A stretch of DNA of 63,644 bases, counting the filler, from Octopus bimaculoides (lineage: Eukaryota): assembly GCF_001194135.2 (NCBI RefSeq). It is 5 parts of 4 records of this genome, joined end to end, with 100 filler letters (N's around TTAATTAATTAA, not from the genome) between each part and the next. Parts side by side here need not be neighbours in the genome. Positions count along the whole stretch, not along the records: positions 40,986 to 55,151 come from NC_068984.1; 4 more parts are not named here. One strand, written 5' to 3'. Shown piece after piece: positions 40,886 to 52,845 of this stretch. How positions within the stretch are numbered: position 1 is the stretch's first letter; each line of letters opens with the position of its first letter. Position numbers and translations under genes: made by a program. The notes under the pieces were generated by a model. It was not told the DNA's origin. It worked only from the letters and a program-made list of their open reading frames with translations, and made no database searches.

Positions 40886-40985
40886 NNNNNNNNNNNNNNN
40901 NNNNNNNNNNNNNNNNNNNNNNNNNNNNNTTAATTAATTAANNNNNNNNNNNNNNNNNNNNNNNNNNNNNNNNNNNNNNNNNNNN

Positions 40986-41127
<142 letters not shown>

Positions 41128-41682
41128 GTGTGAGAGAGCAGGGCATGCCACCAAAGTGACACTGAGGTAAAATATACGAAGCCCAGTATACCCATCGTGA
41201 CTACCCGTCTGATAAGGGTACACCAGGCACATGCATCACAACCATATGTGCGTGACATGGTGATCTCATATCAAGATAAAGAGCGCATGACCTCGCAGGT
41301 GGGACCCAGTTATAATTTTCTTCAGGTCGAGTAGCCCATCCTACTCAAAAGGTCCTTGAATAAAGGTTTTTTGAGGATGTCGAACGAAATACCCATGTTT
41401 CCAAAGGTGAATTATCCAAACCCCAAAGAATTCCTCTCAACACGTGACTATGATGCTCCTCCATTACTTCTGCTCGTGATTAGAGATGCACATATCGTCA
41501 GCCACTAAGGGACATACTCAACTGGTTAAGATCAAGCAACTGACAAGCAAATCTGTGGTATTGAGCAGAATATTTACTGTAGCCCATCTTTTATACCAAG
41601 ACAAAACAATGTACCTGATAAGACTTCCAATCAGTTAAGATCAGAAGCCATGGGAACCACTGTCTGGTACTGCATCAGGGCA
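41128..41682 (-). mobile_element. About 555-bp non-coding interspersed repeat, family E, ending in (AAT)n
   Basis: Partial reverse-complement homologue at 55495-55668; flanked on both sides by ATT repeats. Confidence 0.7.
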
Positions 41683-41733
41683 GTTATTGTTACTATTATT
41701 ATTATTATTATTATCATCATCATCATCATCATT

Positions 41734-41947
41734 AAGGCGGCGAGCAGGTAGACTCATTAGCACGCCGGACAAAATGCTTAGCGGCATTTCATCCATGTTA
41801 ACATTTTGAGTTCAAATTACGCCGGGATCGACTTTGCCTTTCATCCTTTCTGAGTCGATAAATTAAGTATCAGTCAAACTCTGGGTTCGATGTAATCAAC
41901 TGTTCCTCTCCCACAAATTTCAGGCCTTTTATCAAAATTTGAAGCCA
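41734..41947 (+). mobile_element. SINE family C
   Basis: AAGGCGGCGAGC...GAGTTCAAATT...CCAAAATTTGAAGCCA, between ATT/ATC repeats. Confidence 0.88.
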
Positions 41948-41974
41948 TTATTATTGTTGTTATTACTATCATTA

Positions 41975-44900
41975 CTATTTCATTAACACACAACAGATTA
42001 CACGGTTGGAAAAGAAAAATTCTTCACATCGGGATACAAGTAACCTTAGATACCAAGAATCTTCCTAAGTAATCTAGCTGTCCCTAATAATTCTGTTTTC
42101 TGGAGCTGCACTAAACTGGGTTTTATATCTATTTCTTCTAACCATTTTTCTAAATCGTCATGCACCTTTAACTACGGGGATACATTTTACCCACGATTTC
42201 CATAGTCACTGTAATTTGATGGCTAGGTCCTAGTAGTTCGTTATTTTCTCTATACTTCTGATATTGACTTTTTCATTTATGATTGTAAAGTCAATACCTA
42301 ACAATTTCTGTTCTTTTTGTCTACTATTACTAAATCAGGCCTTGTAGCTTCTGTTACTCTGTCAGTCTGAATGTTAAAATCCCACGTTTCATATTTCTTA
42401 CTTCCTAGTTTTTCCCTAGATTCCTGTTCGTACCACCTATCAGTATGGTTAAATCCTAGCCTTCTACATAACTCCCAGTGGATTATTCTCCCTATATTGT
42501 CATGTCTTTTCTTGCATTCTTTCTGTGCCAGCACACTGCATTCACTTATTATATGAGTAACACTTTCCTTTGTTGATTTACATAATATACACTAGGAATC
42601 TAACTGATTTTCGTCTATCTTGGCTTTTGCCCACTTAGTCTTCAGTGCTTGATCTTGTGCTGCTACTAACAAATTCTCTTTTCAGTCTTCCTTTCTACAA
42701 CCATATCCGTGTCTTACTATTCCTATTTCTTGCAACTATTTTTTGGAATTTACCATACAACGCCTTCTCTTGCTAGTCAGATAACTTCTGTTATTTTTCT
42801 GGTTTTTAACTCCATTTGGATTTTTTATTTTCTTGTGTCTTGCTGTGATTCTAGCATCTCTTAATAAACTTTCTTCATTATTACCTACATAGGAATCTAT
42901 ATATATTCTAGCTAACTTCACGCGGTCTTCTACTGAAATTAACCCTCTTCCACCTTCCTTTCTAGGTAAGTATAATCTTGCCACTCCAGCTCTTGGAGGG
43001 AGTCCTCCATTCATATTAAATTCTTCCCTAGTTCTGGCTAGCTTTGCTAATTCAGTTTTTGTCCAGTCTACAAAATCTGTTGGATATCTAAGTAATGATA
43101 TTGCCAAAGTATTTATAGCCTTCACTAGATTCGGACCATTTAGCTTTGACTTCATTGGCTTCCTCATCCTTCTGATGTACTCCTCAATTTTCCTTTTCAT
43201 TTCTATTGTTAGTACTCCTAGATATTTTAAACTCTCCTTCTTTCAATGATTTTAGTGTCTGGCCATCTTGTAATTGGATGCCTTCATTGTTGACTGCCTG
43301 TCCTCTTTTCATGACTAATATTGCATACTTACCTATGCCAAATTCCTTGCCTATGTCTTTGCTGAAGAATTTTACAGTCTGTATTAAGGAATCTATCTCT
43401 TTTTCATTCTTACTAAAAAGCTTCTGATCATCCATGTAGAACAAATAGTTAATCTTCCCCTGACTATATCTGAACTGGTACCCTGTCTTTACCTTCGTTA
43501 ATACTAAACTGAGGGGGATCAAATATATGACAAAAATTAAAGGGGATAACAAGTCTCCTTGGAAAATTCCTCTCTTGATATTATCTTGCCCCAATGCTGT
43601 GTCAACTAAGTAGAGATCTGCTTTCCATTTCTTCATGCTAAAGCTAATTAATTCTCTTTTGTTGTCTGCAATACTAAATATACTCAAACATTCACTTATC
43701 CATGAGTGTGGGATCATGTTATAGGCTTTCTTATAATCTATCCATGCTATTGTTTGATTTTTCATTCTAGATTTTACTTCTTTTAGAACTACTTTGTCTA
43801 TGTATATATAAAAGATTATACTTCCCTCTTGCTTTCTTCCTGCAACCTTCTTGTTCTGGTAGTAAATTCTGATTGTCAAGGCGCTCGTAAATGCTTTCTC
43901 GCAGCATTCCTGTTAACAGCTTCCACACTACTGGTAACCAAGTGATTGATCTATAATTGATAGCTGTATTTCACTTGCTTTTGTTTTTCATAAGGAGTAT
44001 TGTTCTCCTGCTAGTCATCAAATATGGTATTATTCCTTCATTAAGGCAATCCTGAAGTTGTTCCCTCTGTCTGCCATGTATACTACTAAATTTCTTTAGC
44101 CAGTACCCTTGAACTAAATCTGATCCTGAGCCCTTCCAATTCCACATTTTTCCTAACACTTTACTCATTAATGCACTAGTTAGTCTTAGATCTGCTTGCT
44201 TCTTACTCACTACTTCTTCTTCCCTCATTTTCTTTAACCATACTACATCTTCACGATGATTGACTGGCTTGTCCCGAATATTACTCCAGAATTTTCCAGC
44301 TTCTTTTGCAGGAGGTTTCTCATCTCATCTTCTCATCGCTCTTCTCCACTATTTATTTGGTTATAAAATCTGCCCTAGTCTGTCTCAAATAATCTATTTT
44401 ATTGATACTGATCTATTCTCTTCTTATACCTGGAAAGCTTACCTGCTACTGCTATGATACGCTCTTTCAGCTCTTCTATTACTGTCCAAAATCTTTTCTC
44501 TTTTACTAAGTATCTTTTCTCAAGAGAAGATTTAAATCTTGTTTCCTAACTTGTTCAGTTTCCAGGCTTCTATTCTACTCAGATCTTGTCTTATAGTCTT
44601 CATTTCCTTTTGTAGTCTCCTTTTCTACATTTGCTTTTTTTCTAATCTTTCCTTGTGGAATATCTAAACTTCTAATAACTACTACCCCTCCTGCATAGAT
44701 CAATAAGTTAGTGCCACCTATATTTTTAGTATCTATCCTACTGATAACAGAATCTACTTTCCTAATCATATCTAGCAGCTACCTTCTGTTGCTACGTTTT
44801 AACGCTGGCAATCTTTTCCTTACTTCTTTACTTATTACTTCCTGCAACTCATCTAAAAGTCTTCTGATCTTCCTCATTTAAGTCACTTAAATCGCTGGTG

Positions 44901-45417
44901 CTTGTTGTCCTTTCCTTATTTATAGTGCTATTATTATTTTTTCTTTACGTTCTTCTTTGGTCTGAACGGTATCCCTTATGCTGTTGTTTGTCTTTCCTAC
45001 TGCCTAGTCTTTTTTTTCCAGTTCTTTTGTGATCTCTTCCATCTCCAATTCTTTTGTCCACTTTCTTCTCCTAAAAACATTAGCTTGATCTATTAATTTC
45101 CTCTTAGTCACTTTACACATAACCTTCTATACCCAAAGTGTTAACATCCGTTTTCTATAGCCCCTTCTTTTAGTTTCACTTTCTAAGTAACACTGCATCA
45201 CAATCCTGCATCACAATCCTGGTCTACTTTCTTCTCCTCACTCTATCATCTGCTGATGCTGTCTTGGGATAACAGCTCTGATCAGTCTGCATTTTTACTG
45301 AACCACTGCCGAGCGAGAGGCCTTCCCTTAAAGGTCCAGCCTCGATTTCGCTGTTACAACCAAAGTTTCTACGCAAATTCTTGTCTCATAAACTGAGGTA
45401 TGATAATGTTTGTCCCC
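41975..45417 (-). mobile_element. Near-full-length decayed R4/Dong-clade RLE non-LTR retrotransposon
   Basis: Minus-strand motifs in order: RGYRKRM...W, WIDYKKAY, RGIFQGDLLSPLIF, YMDD, RLYLPRKEGGRGL, KKRHDNIGRIIHWELC, WDFNIQTD, RPDLVIVD. Many stops and frameshifts; degenerate AAT repeats at both ends. Confidence 0.92.
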
Positions 45418-45997
45418 ATCGTCATCACCACTATTATTTTTCGATATCTGATGGTTTCAAGTAGCTTTCTATTGCATCATTTGCTGCACTTTGGTGCTCG
45501 TGGCGAGTGTGCTTCATTTTTTTCGTTTTTCCTTTGGGAAATATTGTAATGCATCAGTATACTTTGTTATGGGGTTTGGTTTGAGTCGTCTGTTGTATTA
45601 GTTTTTGTATTGTGTTTTGTTTGTGCAGTGCAGGTTGTGTTCTTCTGTTGGGTATCGAAGTTCTTTGGAACATTTGCTTATTTTATTGAGTATTTACTGT
45701 ATGAGTTTATATATATGATATTGAATCATTGAACATCTAAGTATGGTTATGCACACGGACTTATATATTGGAGTGTCTATAACTATTTGTATGACCTCAT
45801 GTACTGTTTATAGGCTTTTTATGTGCCTTATGTTTTTAGATTTTTAGATTTCTATATTTTTATATGTTATATTTTCATTTTTCATTTATTTATTTTTTAT
45901 TTTACCCTTGCTGTACCCTTATTTTTATTTTTATTTTTATTTCTATTTCATTTTTGTTTTTATCTCTTACTGTATATTTGTATGGAATTTTTTTTTT

Positions 45998-46131
45998 GTG
46001 AATCTCTGAAGAGGCCTAGCGAATCGTGCATGTACCCCCATTTCAGAATTTCATCCGCTATTTACTCCGGCAGGCGTTATTCGGATAGAATGGGGCATGC
46101 CAACGCTAGGCCGAAACAGCTGTAAGTTTAT
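45998..46131 (+). ncRNA. Type I hammerhead ribozyme, intact core, with an extended branched stem II
   Basis: CUGAAGA at 46006-46012; perfect 9-bp stem II GGCCUAGCG (46013-46021) / CGCUAGGCC (46104-46112); GAAAC-AGCU-GUA at 46113-46124; stem I GUGAAUCU / AGUUUAU has one bulge and G-U pairs. Confidence 0.8.
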
Positions 46132-46900
46132 GTTTATTCTCAAATTCCTTATGTACTTTTATTTGTAAACCCGGTTGTCAATATAACATGGTTTGTCATA
46201 AACACTTGTGCTTTGTGGTTTTTTGTCACTTTAGTTACAAATTAAGTTAATTAATTCAACGGGATACACTGTCTGCAAGTCGTTGGGTACAGCATAATAT
46301 CCTCCATTTTCTAATTGCTATATAAATTTAGGGTAAAACACCCCCTCCTTTTTTACCCGCACCCACTTATTACACTTGGTATAACACTAGTGTAACAATA
46401 ATTGGGTACCCTGCCAGCNNNNNNNNNNNNNNNNNNNNNNNNNNNNNNNNNNNNNNNNNNNNNNNNNNNNNNNNNNNNNNNNNNNNNNNNNNNNNNNNNN
46501 NNNNNNNNNNNNNNNNNNNNNNNNNNNNNNNNNNNNNNNNNNNNNNNNNNNNNNNNNNNNNNNNNNNNNNNNNNNNNNNNNNNNNNNNNNNNNNNNNNNN
46601 NNNNNNNNNNNNNNNNNNNNNNNNNNNNNNNNNNNNNNNNNNNNNNNNNNNNNNNNNNNNNNNNNNNNNNNNNNNNNNNNNNNNNNNNNNNNNNNNNNNN
46701 NNNNNNNNNNNNNNNNNNNNNNNNNNNNNNNNNNNNNNNNNNNNNNNNNNNNNNNNNNNNNNNNNNNNNNNNNNNNNNNNNNNNNNNNNNNNNNNNNNNN
46801 NNNNNNNNNNNNNNNNNNNNTCTATAAAGCTCAATTTAATTTTAATTTTTTTATAAATTGATTTTAATTGAGTTTTTACCTGTAATTTTGGATTTTGTCC

Positions 46901-46951
<51 letters not shown>

Positions 46952-47104
46952 TTCATCAATAATTATTATCACTGCTGTCCTAGATGGTAATGGCTCAGCC
47001 GGCAGCATAAGTAAAATAGAAATACTATTTGGATGGACGTTGGCTCTTCGTAGTTCTTCTGCCCTTAGACGGGACTTAGCTTGATTTCGGACCATTTTAG
47101 TTAT

Positions 47105-48130
47105 TAGCCGGGTCTCTACCTGAGACTTAGGACTTGTAACTATTTTATAATGATAGAAATTTTCTCAAAAGATGCGCTGTTGAGATTAGTGCAATATTAT
47201 GGACATCTTGAATATTCGATTTTCCAGATATTCTATGAATGAAGATTGAAGACTCTTTTTTTTAGCCATGCTTAATGTTCCTCCTACTACTGGTAGAGTA
47301 ATTGTTTTCAGTTTCCACGTTCTGCTGACTTCTATCTCTCGGTCCTTGTATTCAGCTAATTTTTCGAATTCTTTGACTAAGATATTTCGATCAGCTGGTA
47401 CTGTCATATCTATTAGGTAGCAAGCATTTTGTCGATGAACTTTGATAATAATAGCAGGTTTATTGGCATTTATCTGTCTGTCAGTATGGATGGTAAAGTT
47501 TCACAGAATAGTAAATAAAAAATTATCTTTTCAGGCCTTCCTTTTCAATTTTATGCTTGTCGTATTTTGCTGCTTCTGTTGGTATGCAGCTTTGGCATTT
47601 TCATCTCCATCTAAGTTTAGTGCTGTTTTATAATTCTGTGCCTCTTTAATGACAGAATGTAGCTTTTTGTTCCCTTCGTGTTCATTTACTAGCTGTATGA
47701 ATTAAGTCCTACTGTGGTGATCTTGTGGGATAATTTTACCTGGTGGGGAGGTCTCTACTACCTTCTTTTCGGAGAATGTAGATTCTATGAACATCAGCTT
47801 TCGGGTGGTGCATCGTGTTTGCTCTCACACTAGTTTTCTAATTTTGGTGACCATTCATTGGAATTCATTTATATTCCAGTTAATTATATTATAACTGTAC
47901 TGTGCCACTGGAGCAGCAGGTGAATTAATGGCTTGAATCCTATTTTGGGAATTCAGCTGCGTTTTATAATCAGTCTTACTCTCCTATAATATTCTTTCCT
48001 GATATTTTCCTTCAAGGCGCTGTGTTGGATCCCTTTCGCTTCCTTATTCCCAGATATTTGTATGCTTGATCATGGTCTAACTCTATCGTTTAGGGTAGTG
48101 GACGATGCAGAAATGAGTTTTCTCTCTTTA
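47105..48130 (-). mobile_element. R4/Dong-clade LINE fragment, second subfamily
   Basis: YKYLGI, KEYYRRVRLI, MHHPKADVHRIY, FTIHTDRQINANKP, IDMTVPADRNILVKEFEKLAEYKD; internally deleted. Confidence 0.88.
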
Positions 48131-48257
48131 AATTTTGCTTTGGCGTCTTCATATTCTCACTGAAAACAATTCAGTTTTAATAATCCCTCCGGATTATTAT
48201 TATTTTTTGCACATAACTTGGGGTCATCCATACAAAGTTATTATTATTATTATTATT

Positions 48258-48465
48258 GGCAAGCTGACAAAATCTTTAGGACACCGGGTAAAATGCTTAG
48301 CGGCATTTCGTTCGACTTTACGTTATGAGGTCAAGTTTCGGCGAGGTCGACTTTGCCTTTCATCCTTTCAGGGTCGATAAAATCAGTACAAGTTGAACAC
48401 TGGGGTCGATGTAATCGACTTAGCCCCTCCCCCGAATTTGATGGCCTTGTGCCAAAATTTGAAGC

Positions 48466-48467
<2 letters not shown>
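48258..48467 (+). mobile_element. SINE family C
   Basis: Family C body between (ATT)n tracts. Confidence 0.85.
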
Positions 48468-48517
<50 letters not shown>

Positions 48518-48960
48518 AAGGTGGCAAGCTCGCAAAATTGTTAGCACACCGACAAAATTCTTGCCTGCATTTCGTCTGTCTTTACGTTGTTGTTGTTGTT
48601 GCTTGTTCTTTCTCGAGTCATGCCCGGCTCAAAAAGGCCGGTTTCCTGGTTTCATTGGCGTATAGGTTCCCCAGCTGGACAAGACGCCGGTCCGTCGCAG
48701 GCGAGCTGCTAGATGCAGGAGGAAAGAGTGAAAGTTGCGTCGAAAGAGTCAGTAGAAGTTCGCCACTACCTTCTGCCAGAACTGCGTGAGGCTTAGGTGT
48801 TTTGCTCATAAACACACACATCGTCCAGTCTGAGATTCGAACCCGCGATCCCCCGACCGCGAGTCCGCTGCTCTATCCAATAGGCCATGTGCCTGCACCT
48901 GTCTTTACGTGCTGAGCTCAAATTCCGCTGCTTTGGCTGACTTTGCCTTTTATCCTTTCA
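48518..48960 (+). mobile_element. SINE family C, interrupted by a nested SINE
   Basis: Head at 48518-48587 resumes at 48899. Confidence 0.8.
48588..48898 (-). mobile_element. SINE with a family B-type tRNA head, a different body and an (AAC)n tail
   Basis: Minus head GTGCAGGCACATGGCCTATTGG...GGGTTCGAATCTC; perfect 12-bp TSD CTGTCTTTACGT at 48576-48587 and 48899-48910. Confidence 0.9.
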
Positions 48961-49059
48961 ATAAAAAAATGTAACGATTGAGAATTAGAGCTGATTTATT
49001 TCACTTACCTGCACTTCCGAAATTGCTGGACTTGTGCCAAAAATTTCAAAACATTATTA

Positions 49060-50030
49060 TTATTATTCAAATCTTTAGCGATAGTTCCTAACGCACCTAT
49101 AACTACTGGGATACATTTTACCAGCACTTTCCTTAACCTTTGTAACTCAATGGCTAGGTCCTGGTATTTTGATAGTTTCTCTATATCTCTCATATTGATA
49201 TTTTTTATCATTTGGGAATGTAAAGTCAATTATCTGGTGCTTTTTATTCTCTTTGTCTACTACTACTACTAAATCAGGCCTTCTAGCATCTATTACTCTG
49301 TCAGTTTGAATGCTAAAGTCCCATGGTATTTTATATTTCTTACTTTCTAGTTCTTTACTAGATTCATGTTCATATCATTTATCAGTATGTCAAATCCTAG
49401 CTTTCTACATAACTCCCTGTGGATTATTCTTTCTATGTTATCATGTTTTCTTTTGTATTCTTTCCATGCCAGCATACTGCATCCACTTACTGTGAGTAAC
49501 ACTTTCCTCCTTAGATTTACATGACCTACATTGGAAAACTACCTGATTTTTGTCTATCTTGGTTTTTACCCACTTAGTCCTCAATGCTTGATCATGTGCT
49601 GCTACTAGCAAACTGTGTATCTTCTTTTTTAGCCTTCCTTTCTGCAACTACAACCATGTCTCACTATGACTATCTTATGTCACTGTTTTGGGAAATTTAC
49701 CATGCAAAACCTCTTGCTAGTCAAGTAATTTTTCTTCTTTTTTCTGGTTTTTAACCTCATTTTTGGTTTCCCTATCGCCTACTGTTACTCTAGCAGCTCT
49801 TAAATAAAAATGTCCTCACTGTTCCCTATATAGGAGATTATATACACTCTACCTAACTCCACACATTCTCTTAAGACTCTACCACCTTGCTTTTTAGCTA
49901 AATATAGTCTTGCGATTCTTACTCTTGGGTGAAGTCTTTCATTCATACTGAATTCCTTCCTAGTTTTTGGTCTAGATTTACTAATTCAGATTTTGTCTAA
50001 TCTATAACAGCTGCTAAATATCTAAGTAAC
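49060..50030 (-). mobile_element. R4/Dong-clade LINE 3' fragment, same subfamily as 41975-45417
   Basis: LLVAAHDQALRTKWVK, CRSCKSKEESVTH zinc knuckle, KLSKYQDLAIEL, IPVVIGALG. Confidence 0.88.
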
Positions 50031-50035
50031 GATAC

Positions 50036-50071
<36 letters not shown>

Positions 50072-50129
50072 CATCATCATCATCATCATCATCATTATCA
50101 TCATCATCATCATTATTACTATTTTCATA

Positions 50130-50226
50130 TACACAGATTAGACTATTAGAAAAGGAAAGAATCCTAACATCGGGTTACAAGTAGACTTAGATACCAAGAG
50201 CCCTCCTAAGTATCCTAGCTGTCTCT
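50130..50226 (-). mobile_element. About 100-bp 5'-truncated Dong 3' end inserted in (ATT)n
   Basis: Matches 41990-42085 (CACAGATTA...CATCGGG.TACAAGTA...TAGATACCAAGA...CCTAAGTA...CTAGCTGTC). Confidence 0.8.
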
Positions 50227-50263
<37 letters not shown>

Positions 50264-50357
50264 CATCATCATTATCATCATCATCATCATCATTATTGTT
50301 ACTACTACTACTACTACTATTACTACTATTTTTGTTGTTGTTGTTGTTGTTGTTGTT

Positions 50358-50417
50358 AAGGCGGCGAGCTGGCAGAATCGTTAGCACGCCAGGTGAAATG
50401 CTTAGCGCTATTTCGCC
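50358..50417 (+). mobile_element. SINE family C head abutting a truncated mariner
   Basis: AAGGCGGCGAGCTGGCAGAATCGTTAGCACGCC. Confidence 0.85.
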
Positions 50418-50419
50418 CC

Positions 50420-51184
50420 CCCTTCCAAAATTCACTTGTCCGTGACGAAAAATACTCCCCTAGTTTTGTTCTGACCTCGTCCACAGAATTCATATTTTTT
50501 CCGTCCAAATGATTTTGAAGATTGCGGTATAAATGATAATCAGATGGGGCAATATCCGGCGAATATGCTGGGTTGGGCATCGTTTCCCATTCAAACCATC
50601 CAGCTTTTGGAATGTCATCCTCGTTATATGTGGCCGAGCATTATCCTGAAGGAAGAACACCTTTCGTCATGAAACCAAAGATTGTCGTTTTCCTTCTAGC
50701 GCTGGTGTCGATGAATGGTTGAGTGACCAAATCCAAGCTTCTCTGCTAGTTCCTCAAAAGTTACGATGTGATTTTGTTCTACTAGGGTTTGCAAGTTTTT
50801 TTCTCGTCGAACTCTACAAATCTTCCAAGACGAGGCTCATCCTCTAGACTGTATTTTCCGGCTCTGAACTTCTGGAACCGCCATTGTCACTGGCTTACGC
50901 TTATTTTCCAATCTCCATATACTTCATTAATATACCTCGCACTTTCCGTTGTGGTGTTGCCTTTATTAAACTCATAAAGAAAAATATGCTAAATATACTC
51001 CTTTGTCACTTCCATTATAGCTTTGAAACAATACCTGTTTAAAGCGAACTGTACACTTCAAAACTTGCATTAAGTAAAATTACTACCTGCATTTACAACA
51101 AGTTGATGCAAGTAGTTTATCCCGCCCTCCTCCGACTTTTAGTTCATGCAATTGAAAAAACTGCATTATTTATTGGATGACCCA

Positions 51185-51187
<3 letters not shown>
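50420..51187 (-). mobile_element. Mariner transposon relic, internally deleted, with the 5' TIR retained
   Basis: FLYEFNKG, FQKFRAGKYSLEDEPR, PAYSPDIAPSDYHL; TIR-like end TATTGGGTCATCCAATAAATAATGC next to (TA)n. Confidence 0.92.
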
Positions 51188-51229
<42 letters not shown>

Positions 51230-51248
51230 TATCTATATACATGTATAC

Positions 51249-51292
<44 letters not shown>

Positions 51293-52278
51293 NNNNNNNN
51301 NNNNNNNNNNNNNNNNNNNNNNNNNNNNNNNNNNNNNNNNNNNNNNNNNNNNNNNNNNNNNNNNNNNNNNNNNNNNNNNNNNNNNNNNNNNNNNNNNNNN
51401 NNNNNNNNNNNNNNNNNNNNNNNNNNNNNNNNNNNNNNNNNNNNNNNNNNNNNNNNNNNNNNNNNNNNNNNNNNNNNNNNNNNNNNNNNNNNNNNNNNNN
51501 NNNNNNNNNNNNNNNNNNNNNNNNNNNNNNNNNNNNNNNNNNNNNNNNNNNNNNNNNNNNNNNNNNNNNNNNNNNNNNNNNNNNNNNNNNNNNNNNNNNN
51601 NNNNNNNNNNNNNNNNNNNNNNNNNNNNNNNNNNNNNNNNNNNNNNNNNNNNNNNNNNNNNNNNNNNNNNNNNNNNNNNNNNNNNNNNNNNNNNNNNNNN
51701 NNNNNNNNNNNNNNNNNNNNNNNNNNNNNNNNNNNNNNNNNNNNNNNNNNNNNNNNNNNNNNNNNNNNNNNNNNNNNNNNNNNNNNNNNNNNNNNNNNNN
51801 NNNNNNNNNNNNNNNNNNNNNNNNNNNNNNNNNNNNNNNNNNNNNNNNNNNNNNNNNNNNNNNNNNNNNNNNNNNNNNNNNNNNNNNNNNNNNNNNNNNN
51901 NNNNNNNNNNNNNNNNNNNNNNNNNNNNNNNNNNNNNNNNNNNNNNNNNNNNNNNNNNNNNNNNNNNNNNNNNNNNNNNNNNNNNNNNNNNNNNNNNNNN
52001 NNNNNNNNNNNNNNNNNNNNNNNNNNNNNNNNNNNNNNNNNNNNNNNNNNNNNNNNNNNNNNNNNNNNNNNNNNNNNNNNNNNNNNNNNNNNNNNNNNNN
52101 NNNNNNNNNNNNNNNNNNNNNNNNNNNNNNNNNNNNNNNNNNNNNNNNNNNNNNNNNNNNNNNNNNNNNNNNNNNNNNNNNNNNNNNNNNNNNNNNNNNN
52201 NNNNNNNNNNNNNNNNNNNNNNNNNNNNNNNNNNNNNNNNNNNNNNNNNNNNNNNNNNNNNNNNNNNNNNNNNNNNNN

Positions 52279-52337
<59 letters not shown>

Positions 52338-52364
52338 ATATAATGTATATATATACAAACACAC

Positions 52365-52414
<50 letters not shown>

Positions 52415-52433
52415 TAAAAGCAATTCGGCTTAT

Positions 52434-52558
52434 GTCCGGTCATAGAGCGACGAATGGTTTCGCATCCACAATGGACTTCTTAGCCTTGCTGACGTCCCCA
52501 CAGCTTAGGCCTTTGGGCCTTTGTGGATGCGAAACCATTGGTCACTCTATTACCGGAC
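52434..52558. repeat. Foldback inverted repeat with 38-bp arms
   Basis: 52434-52471 versus 52521-52558: 35/38 complementary, inner 19 bp perfect; further pairing inside the spacer. Confidence 0.92.
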
Positions 52559-52801
52559 AAAAACTGAATTACTTTTTATACATTACTGCTCTATGTTTTA
52601 GAGTGAGCTTCATTTTCGGATATATGGTACACTGATGATATACATAAATACATATATATATACATATGAATTAATGTATATATAAAACATATAACCACAA
52701 TCGTTTCAATCTATATGATGTTGTTATTTTCAAGTATAATACATGATTCCAGCTATTACTTTCGTATATCAATGTTGTGTGATAGCTAAATNNNNNNNNN
52801 N

Positions 52802-52845
<44 letters not shown>

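Noticed and set aside
41600-41682. Possible HDV-like ribozyme at the 5' end of family E
   Set aside because: A P2/P3-like pairing can be drawn, but P1, P1.1 and P4 could not be assembled in the correct order.
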